Shown: positions 1 to 8,626 of the stretch, one piece after another
Numbering within the stretch: position 1 is the first letter of the stretch
How the letters are laid out: each line of letters begins with the position of its first letter
Source of the DNA: Iphione sp. A-MEVVRFRX5
Lineage: Eukaryota
DNA length: 64,000 bases
Assembly: GCA_976226885.1 (NCBI GenBank)
Contig: OZ320314.1
Coordinates: forward strand, 106,950,001-107,014,000
Direction: 5' to 3'
Program-made: the position numbers and the translations under genes
Notes under the pieces: model-generated
The model's database searches: none
What the model saw: only the letters and a program-made list of their open reading frames with translations
What the model was told of the DNA's origin: nothing

Positions 1-204
1 GGAGAGAGGCAGGAAGAGGGGTCAATATCGACAGAATAGAAGCAGTATAAAGAGAGAAAAAGAACAAAAGGGATAGGGAAATAGAGAGTCACTGAAATTG
101 CCATACTGAAAGAGAAAAATTAATATGAAGATAATCATGTAACTCTGTAGAAATAGGAGAAAGCATTAAGGACGTGTGCCTTTATTTCGGGATGAGTGAC
201 TTAC

Positions 205-640
205 CGAGCAGGTCGGCGACCGCCAGGTTTAATAGGAAGTAGTTGGTGACGGAGCGGAGCGCGCGGTCGGCGACGATGACGCCGATAACGAGGATATTTC
301 CCAGGAAGGCGAGCAGGAAGACGGGCACGTAAATGGTGATGAGGACGACGGTGCGGGGCTCCCTGAACGTGTAGAGGCTCGCCCGAAAGTCCGCCAGCAC
401 GTCCTCGAACAAGTCCGAGTAATCCTCACCCGACATGTTGGCCTGCCGATCGCCCGACGACGGCGTCAGGTCGTCAGTCAGGCTGATGTTACCGGCGGCG
501 GCGCTACTAGTGCTTCCGGTCATGCCGACGCTCAAATAGAGTGCCATCAGTCGCTGGGTTTGGAGGGTCGTCGTCGACGATGCCGACGACGCGATCGTCA
601 TGTTCGACGGCCAGGAAACACCCGTCGCCATGATTATCAA
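205..640 (-). CDS. First coding exon of a rhodopsin-like (class A) peptide GPCR: N-terminus, TM1 and start of TM2
   Basis: The ORF reads ...EPRTVVLITIYVPVFLLAFLGNILVIGVIVADRALRSVTNYFLLNLAVADLL, with the TM1 GN motif and TM2 NLAVAD motif. The N-terminus has sequons NMT, NIS and NMS. A phase-1 donor CTCG|GTAAGT lies at 205/204. The start could be the ATG at 640 or a downstream ATG. The subfamily (orexin/QRFP/CCK-like group) is not resolved. Confidence 0.88.
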
Positions 641-650
641 TCTTCAATTT

Positions 651-684
651 ACTTCCGGTCACACTTCGGGTCGCACTTCCGGTT
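651..684. promoter_or_regulatory. Three tandem ETS/GABP-like sites just upstream of the GPCR ORF
   Basis: ACTTCCGGTC (651-660), ACTTCGGGTC (663-672) and ACTTCCGGTT (675-684) at 12-bp spacing; CCGGAAGT is the ETS core. Confidence 0.4.
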
Positions 685-2166
685 TAGGGGTGCCTAGATG
701 GCGCTTCGATCAAGAGCCTCGTCGGGGGCAGAACTTTGGCCACGTGAGCTATCACCTTCCATTCCTCCTGTGTCCTCGGGATAAAAATCGGAAGCTCTAT
801 TTAAGATTTCAATCAGCACAAATTACACTGTAATTAAGTGCTTCAGCCCGCTGGGGAACTGTACACGAAGGTTTATAAATATATTAACACTATATGAATA
901 CATATAGGCCAATACGTATTATCGTCTGCCAAAACAGATCCTGTTTTGTATGCAAAGATACGGTGGTTCTTCTAAATAGGATCTAGGAGTCCTTGATGAA
1001 GCAACAAGAGGATAACACTTTGTCACAGTTAAAGGACTAGTAGTTCTTGTTGTTTCCAAAGCCGTACTGTTGTAGTTGTAAAAGTCTTCATCGAGGTAAC
1101 TAGAGAGTAATGTCCGTTTTTGTAGTCGTAGAAGCAGTCATCTCCAAAGGTGTAGTAGAGTAATAATTATCTCAATAGCAGTTTTAATTCTACCACTTGT
1201 CCTTGTTATCTGACGTAGTTCATGAAGTCCCTTATGGGTGTATGTAGTAGTTATAACTCGAGGAATATTGGTATTGCCAGCAAGAGTGGTGGATTTAGTT
1301 GCATAAGTAGCAGCAATAGAAAGAGTAAAGGCTGGGCGAGTTTTCAGCCCTCTAGGCTGATAGGTGTCGCCTACGTCTCTACGTAATGCGTGCGTACGTA
1401 ATGCAAGTCTCTACACTTCGGCTGCCGCCTGTGTTTCTGACTGAGGGACCCTGTCTCTCTCTCCCTCTCATCCACAGCTTCCCCCTGCCCATCCAGCACT
1501 GCTGCTGCTCCGCGACTCTTACCGCCTGGCTTCTTCACCACCGCCACTACCTGCAAGACACGCGATCGAGCTGACGGCTGCTGCCACCTACAGGCCGTCT
1601 CACGCATTAGCGGCGCCAGAGGGAGAGACTAGGGATGGATAGGCAGCTGGTAAAAAAAAGCGTGACATTCGCAGAAGAGTGACAGAGAGTAGGAGCTAAG
1701 GAAAACGTAATGGGGAAGATCAAGGGGGACATAGGGATGATATTTACTACAAGGGAGAGAGAGATGGAGTTGGAGAGGAGAAAGAACTACCACATATTAG
1801 AGAGACAAGAGGGGAAATGACATGAAGTTGTGGAAGAGGCAACGACACTGTCAAGGTGGTGTGAAATAAAACGAACGAGAGAGAGAGGGAGACATGGGAC
1901 AGAGGGATAAGTTATAGCAAAAGGGCGGGAAAGGAGAAGGGGACAAATATTGGGGACCGAAAAAGGACTGAGGCAGGAAAAGATGTAGAGAGAGACGTGA
2001 AAGAGCGAGGTGGGCATAAAAATATGGCAGAAAGAGACAAGGGAGAGAGAAGAACCATCTCTTTGTCCACATCCCTTCATATTTAAAGTTCTCTCTCCAG
2101 TTAACCCTTCATCAACAGCACTTTGTGGCATTCCGAGAATCTACATCTGCTGGCGTGACAGCGAGT

Positions 2167-2240
2167 TGACGTCATAACTGTTGCGACATCCTGTAGATTA
2201 CACACGCCTCGAATTAGTATTCTGTTTACCAGGGGGCGCT
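2167..2240. promoter_or_regulatory. CRE palindrome and CTCF-like motif
   Basis: TGACGTCA at 2167-2174 and CCAGGGGGCGCT at 2229-2240; motif match only. Confidence 0.3.
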
Positions 2241-2707
2241 CCAAACAATCGTGTCTTGTTGTTGCTGGTATGGGCGATAATGGAGGGGAAATGAGTACAA
2301 GATAGAGAAGGTCATAAAGCCAGCATTAAGGAGGTGTTGTAGCACATCATCATTTTGACCTTATCACACGAGCATTCAAACATACACAAACCATTCACAC
2401 AACACTGTGATAGACTGAAGTTATAACTAGGTCCCACCAGAGTATTTCACACCGGGATAGAAATCACAATATGACAAAGTCACACAATATCATGTCACTA
2501 TACAGTCACACTGTGAGCAACTCCTGTCATGTCTATATGGCCAATCATTCCACAATCGAATGGCAATATAGCAATATCATACTAAGTGAAATAATCATTC
2601 GATAACCAACGATACCACGATCAGATCACACTTCCTCACTGAAAGAGGTCTTATGTACAAACTCTAGTGTCTTTGTTTTTATTCCCCGCTTGTCAGGTAC
2701 ACTTTTC

Positions 2708-2870
2708 ACAAGACCGTAGCCTCATAGCTTGCATTTCTGTGACTGCATACCGCAAGAGCGTATGGTATGAGGCATTTGTTTTCGCATACCGCCCTCCACC
2801 TACAGCATTGTGCGGTATGTGAAAACATAATTATGCTGATTGTTTCACCACCATTTCGTAGCGGTCTTGT
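2708..2870. repeat. Palindromic MITE-like remnant
   Basis: ACAAGACCG (2708-2716) and CGGTCTTGT (2862-2870) are inverted. An internal inverted pair TTTTCGCATACCGC / GCGGTATGTGAAAA has one mismatch. Confidence 0.4.
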
Positions 2871-4388
2871 CTAATTATGAAATACACATCATACATTTTG
2901 CTCCTGGAACTATAGTGATATAGGTATATAGTGACCTACTGTCTCAAGCCACCGTGTCTGTGATTTATTCAATAGGAAATGAAACTATGGCATATAGATA
3001 CTTGATATTCAAAATATAACAGGCTCATATGTTCTAAATGTACAGTGTGAAGGTTCTAGCTCATGTCTAAATAAACACTTGATTTATAAGCGGTTCTTTA
3101 AAGAATACTGGCCATCTGCAATTGTCAAGTATTGCTAGGACTAATTTTAAGTATCATTCATTAGATTATCATACCAATTGCATAGGTGTTTAATAATGAA
3201 CTATAGACATATGTTTTCTCTGGAGACCACAATATACAAGTTATTGAAAGATGTGTTGTAGAGATTAAGAGCAGATTGGTGTTTAGGGGCAGCACCAGCC
3301 TTAGCTAGCTGCTGTTTGCCCAAATCTATTCCATTCAAAACACTTTAATTTACTTATCATAAATGATATGAATTGTAAGCAACATTAAGGATGCGAGCTA
3401 GTCTACAGTGTAAAACTGCCACATCAAACCTTGCATAAACCGATGTAAAGCGTATTGTTTCCATGACAACTGGCAGCAATATATGATCATACAAAGATAG
3501 ACAACCCGTCTGATTAACCACTTAAACTTATTTGTAAAACGAAGAGAAACACTTTACTCCAAGATGCGAACATGTATGTTTTTTTTACCGGATTTGACAT
3601 TCGCAGACCAATCTCTATGAACCTAAAATGTACTGACAGGAGGCTACTCAACACATCCTAATGAACGCCTGGGTGGCACACACAGGACAGATTAAAGATG
3701 AGCGCCGAGACAATAGTCATGTCACAGCGTAGGTAATTAGTGAAGCTAGCTTAATTAGAGCTTTGACAGTGATGAGAAGCGCCACCTGCAGTTCTCGGCC
3801 GCCGATTTCATGCCAGTATACGAATTACCGCATTATGTGCGACTGTGTATGCTGTGTCTGCGAGTGTGTATCTGTGTCTGTGAGTGCGTGTGTATGTGTG
3901 TGCAAATATGCAAATAAATTCATTTCTCGAGTCGCTGAAGATAGCATATGTATATCATACGTACATCACGTCGTCATTATATCATACTATATAATCGGAA
4001 CTGTAAAGGGTTTATCAAATCCTCTGAATCATTCTGTGAATCACTCCAATTGCTATTGGTTTCTTCCTTAAGTGACTGGTGACCTGAACGGAATTTGTGG
4101 TTTATCCAACGAGAAGAGTAATACCTAAAGTGAAATATCATTCATGCTAAAAAGTAAACTAATAGCAGCATCACAATAGTCAGTCGTCAGAAAACAGATT
4201 ATGAAAATCTGCATTCCGGGACATGATTCCTCAAACCACTATCCTTCATCCCTCTATCCCGAATGGCTGCATGAACCTATCTATTACACCTCCTGAAAAG
4301 GCAATAACCACCCTGTAGTTGAAAGGTGCACGTGGAATTGCGTGAGTTAACTTCAAAAGACATTTTTCATCACAGGAGGTTTTTCCTG

Positions 4389-4438
4389 ATATATTATCTC
4401 TGTAAAGGACACAAGAGGTGGTGGGCTTAGAAGACTCC
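4389..4438 (-). repeat. Element 1 terminal repeat B2 (50 bp)
   Basis: Identical to 4608-4657. Confidence 0.95.
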
Positions 4439-4462
4439 TTTATTAAGAAAAAGGAAAAAGAA

Positions 4463-4657
4463 AAAATTTTAACAGCTGTGACGGTTATGAACAGATGGTA
4501 ACGTCATACAAGAACATTGTTGTCTTGGTGCTGTGGTTACCTTAGTATCATCTCCAAGGGAATCAACAGATATACATATATTATTATAAATATACTATTT
4601 ATAATCCATATATTATCTCTGTAAAGGACACAAGAGGTGGTGGGCTTAGAAGACTCC
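4463..4657 (-). repeat. Element 1 internal B1-A2 junction (A2 about 4463-4609, B1 4608-4657)
   Basis: A2 matches 8480-8626 and B1 matches 4389-4438; they overlap by AT at 4608-4609. Confidence 0.95.
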
Positions 4658-4666
4658 AAACCCCAA

Positions 4667-5683
4667 CTAAGGGTCAGAAAATAAGTTAGCATCACAGTCA
4701 AGCATAGAGTTAACATCAAACTCTAGATAATCATAAATACTTTTGGATTTCCAATCACCACAAAATCTCAACTCCTGCAAAGACACACCATGCTTAGAGA
4801 GAAAAGTTGCACCACCTCGTCTAAACGAATGTGATGATACTCCGACTAGGCCACAGGCCAAACACGCACTTCTTAATCTGTCTCTAAAGGTGTTATAAGT
4901 TAAACATTTAACATTTTTACCTTTCCTAAACGAAAAAATCAAATCGCTAGGTATAGGCTCGCACAAAATTTTCCATGCCTTGAGCCAAGTGACTACACAC
5001 ATGGCCTTACAACCACAAAAAGATAAAGGCACACATACCTCTCTCCCACTACCGCCGAGGGTCTTACCCCTGCAAATCCTCACCAAAGCTCCTCTTTTTA
5101 CAAACTTAACGTCCTCCCACCTCAGACCCCGGGGCGTGGTGTATAACTCCTTTCTCAAAAGGCAACGATAGGCCAAACTACAGGCCAACCAAATAATTCG
5201 GTCCCAAACAACATCCATTGAAAAACAACTAAACAGCGCTAACATATCATCAAGAGTCAAAGCCAGTGCTCGTTTAACTGGTCTGCTGTTCATACGCTTA
5301 ATACCTTTAAGAACTTCTTGTACATAAAAGTTCTTCTCATAATTAAGACTGTAACCTCTTGACTTGCAGTTGAAAACAAGCGCAGACAGATAATTCCTCA
5401 CCGAAGAATAACACATTTTCCTTGCTAAAAATGTGAGGTACATGCATAAATTAATCATACTACAAGGTAGCAGGGAAACACCTATGGAATTACAGAAGTT
5501 CCTATATGACTCCCACTGCGTACATCTCGCCTTCTTAGTGTTCTCTGCAGCTGAATTCTCCATCAATTTGGACATCTCCTTCAGCAGTGCCTCTCTCTCT
5601 CCTGCAAAGACATTGAAGGACTTCGCTACAACAACAAAAACTTCCCCATGGTGAATCGCATAGCTTTTCCAATATATTAACAT
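4667..5683 (-). CDS. Element 1 tyrosine recombinase (intact frame; true coding start may be the splice acceptor at 5601)
   Basis: Catalytic-type motifs CLLRK, RGKT, SHSFRRGGAT, GDW and IYDY. The ORF overlaps the RNase H end in the +1 frame. Confidence 0.93.
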   Translation of the reverse strand: MLIYWKSYAIHHGEVFVVVAKSFNVFAGEREALLKEMSKLMENSAAENTKKARCTQWESYRNFCNSIGVSLLPCSMINLCMYLTFLARKMCYSSVRNYLSALVFNCKSRGYSLNYEKNFYVQEVLKGIKRMNSRPVKRALALTLDDMLALFSCFSMDVVWDRIIWLACSLAYRCLLRKELYTTPRGLRWEDVKFVKRGALVRICRGKTLGGSGREVCVPLSFCGCKAMCVVTWLKAWKILCEPIPSDLIFSFRKGKNVKCLTYNTFRDRLRSACLACGLVGVSSHSFRRGGATFLSKHGVSLQELRFCGDWKSKSIYDYLEFDVNSMLDCDANLFSDP

Positions 5684-7592
5684 CGTACAATCTAGAGAGA
5701 CTATCAGCTATTACATTCTCTTTACTTGGTATATAATCAACAACAAATTGTATGTTAAATATACATGCTGTCCAAAAAATTTCTTTTAACCATCTCTGAC
5801 AACATCTATCTCTACTCCGCCCAGTTTTAAGCATATAAAGGACGCACATATTATCAGTGATGAGACGTACTGTACAATTTTTTAAAAGATGACACCATCT
5901 TTTGAGTGCAATAACTACAGGCCATAATTCAAATACGTTAATGTGCCTTTTATATTCGTCCTGACTGGGAACATCTTCATAGTGGCCAACCAAAATGTCT
6001 CGGGGGATGTTACAATTCTCCCACTCTCCAATGAACCAGTCATCGCACATATATCCACCAAACATACCTAATGATGAATCAGTAGTTATACATTCTGTTG
6101 GCTCTCTCGGATTAACAATTTTTCTTTTACCATTGAAAATGTTTATGAAAACTTGCCACCATTTAATTTCACTCATTACAGCTTCATCTAATTCTTTTTT
6201 CATTTTATAATTTACAAAAGAGTTAGTGAACTCATACAAACTCCTCGTAAACGTGCGACCACCTTTCACCACTGTCGAACAATGAGCAAGCAAACCGGTA
6301 AGCTTTTCCATATCCTTCTTACACACTTTCTTTGCTGACAACACATGGTTTATCTTCACTTTTGTTTCTTCCACTTTGCTCAAAGGAAGTCTCAACTCAA
6401 GCATACTTGAATCAATTTCAATACCCAGAAATTTACAAATAGTGTTAGGTTCAGTTACTTTTTTGATTGAAACATCAAAACCAAAGTTACTTATTACTTT
6501 CATCATAACTTCCTTATAAAAGTCACATTCATCATAGCTTTTACCCACAACAATAAAGTCATCCAGGTAATTTACAGAAAAACCACCGCATTGACATTCA
6601 AATTCCCCTTTGATTACATCTGAGATTACAGAAAAAATATAAGGTGCACATTTCAATCCAAAACATAGCTAATTGTTAATGAAGTATTCTTTACCTTTCC
6701 CTAAATCCCAAGAGAAACCTTGAAATTCTCTATGCCCGGGATACACTTGGACACTGCGATAAGCATTCTTTATGTCAACTACCGACATAAATTCATCACC
6801 TTCCAGAGCATAAGCAACATCATCAACAGAATTGTACTTAAACGCATGGTGGGTAGAAGACATAAAATTGTTAATACTGCTGCCCTCAGGCATAGAACAA
6901 TCAGTTATCGGACGGAGTGATCCATCACTTTTCTCTACTCCACCCATAGCGTTTACACATCTAGGTTTTGACTCACATCGAGAAATAAAACCCTGATCAA
7001 GCTCAGTAATTAATTTTTCTGTCATCTGTTCAGAAAAATCATCTGTGAGAATAGATAAGTAGTTATTACAGTCATAGGAAGTATTACATTCTTCATCAAC
7101 AATTCTGAAGCCTTGAGTAACACCAGACCAAACTAATCTTATTTTTTCTTCACATAACTGGCTGCAACACAACGCAAATAACCAGCGGCACGGCTTCAAC
7201 TTGCATTCTACACCACCTATAGCATAGTTACAAGCACAACTACCTAGGATACATTCCCGGTACTCACGAATGATGGCATCACCATCTTCATCCTTGCCAG
7301 TTACCACGTAATTTTCTAGCATGCCTTCCTCTACTGAAATCAGATTCCTAAGGCATGACTCAAACATTTTCATACGATAGAAAACAACATCTTTTTCATG
7401 GGGGTGCTCTGCGTAGCTCTCATCATGACCTATCGTCACTATGCTCTCCTCGGTTGAGCAACTACTATTGTCCGCATCCAGAAGCTCAACATCGTCAACA
7501 TTATCTGTAGATAGAACAAATCTATTATTCAGTTCAATCACAAATACCTCGTTGTTGTATCTCGAAGACTTCTCAGCGGATGAAGCACACCG
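5535..7592 (-). pseudogene. pol: Element 1 pol (RT-RNase H) with one in-frame TAG at 6669-6671
   Basis: Motifs KSDGSLRPITDCS, DIKNAYR, FGLKCAP, NYLDDF, FLGIEIDS, TDSS, INVFELWPV, TDN and NVIADSLSR. ORFs 6669-7541 and 5535-6656 are in the same frame. Confidence 0.92.
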
Positions 7593-8452
7593 TCAATGTT
7601 GTTTTGACGTCGTCTTCATCTTCCTCGACTCGTCTCCATCTACCGGTTTAGAAGCAAAACACTCGTACGCTCTATGTCCGCCAGAGCTGCAATTCAAACA
7701 CTTATGCTGATAAATACAACTACTGTCGCTGCATTCGCCTGCATTATATTTGAAGCAAATTTTTTCTCCCTTCCACGACTTCTTCGAGGTCTTGTTCTTC
7801 GCAAACCCTGTCGTTGCATCCACACCCATATATTTATGGATCGCTTCGGTGTCGCCGTAGCTAAACGCACTCGTTCCTTGATGTGCTGCCCTTCTTCTCA
7901 ATTCTGCATCATAGCTCACCAACGACTTGATACTGTAGACACGAGTCGAGGCTTTTGTGGCCAGGAAGGACAAGTGCTCCACGTAAGACGAGACATCCTT
8001 CTTCTTCTTAATCATCTTCTGCAGTAGGCCTAATGACCCAACCATTAGGTGCTCGAAGCTCGAGATGCTGTCTTCATCTGTATAACGGATAATATCATAC
8101 TTCTTCACCCTCTTACCCTGTTTCTTTTCTTCTTCCTCTCTAGCCTCTTCTTCACCTCAGCATCTTCAAAATCCGAATCGGAAAAATCGTCTTCATCACT
8201 GCTAGAGGAAGAAACCGAGGAAACACTTCTAGAAGGTGACTTTCTCTTCTCTTTCTGCTTGTCGCCTTTGCTGTTCACCAATGCCTCCATCAGCGACTCC
8301 AACCTCAACAAACGGCCCTTAACGTCATCTCTTGGATTATCTGGCTGCTTATCAGCATCACAATGTCCATCAACGTCATCTTGAGGTAACGAGCAACCTT
8401 TTCCAACTGGAGGCGGATGGTTGACTTTACATCTCTTGCAGTATTTACCCAT
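7593..8452 (-). pseudogene. gag: Element 1 gag-like ORF1 with one frameshift near 8120-8135
   Basis: N-terminal CxxCxxxH-x7-C (CKRCKVNHPPPVGKGC) and C-terminal CCCH+CCHC fingers (CFKYNAGECSDSSCIYQHKCLNCSSGGHRAYEC). It aligns with the continuous gag of element 2 if one A is restored in an A-rich run. Confidence 0.85.
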
Positions 8453-8479
8453 CGTGGCATCAATACGTGTGTCGTCAAC

Positions 8480-8626
8480 AAAATTTTAACAGCTGTGACG
8501 GTTATGAACAGATGGTAACGTCATACAAGAACATTGTTGTCTTGGTGCTGTGGTTACCTTAGTATCATCTCCAAGGGAATCAACAGATATACATATATTA
8601 TTATAAATATACTATTTATAATCCAT
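8480..8626 (-). repeat. Element 1 5' repeat A1 (147 bp)
   Basis: Identical to about 4463-4609; TATAAA on the minus strand at 8615-8620. Confidence 0.95.

Larger units (their letters stand above)
4389..8626 (-). mobile_element. Element 1: full-length Ngaro/PAT-type YR retrotransposon with split direct repeats (A1-gag-pol-YR-B1-A2-spacer-B2)
   Basis: It carries gag with zinc fingers, RT (YLDDF), RNase H and a tyrosine recombinase. A repeats at 8480-8626 and about 4463-4609 are identical; B repeats at 4608-4657 and 4389-4438 are identical. No protease, DDE integrase or methyltransferase was recognised. Confidence 0.95.

Noticed and set aside
6666-6674. TAG-CTA in element 1 RT as a second programmed readthrough
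   Set aside because: Elements 2 and 3 have a Thr codon at this position (NNTL); the CTA is just the conserved Leu. A nonsense mutation is more likely.
8105-8140. Programmed -1 frameshift within element 1 gag
   Set aside because: No X-XXY-YYZ heptamer is present and element 2 gag is continuous; a 1-nt deletion is simpler.
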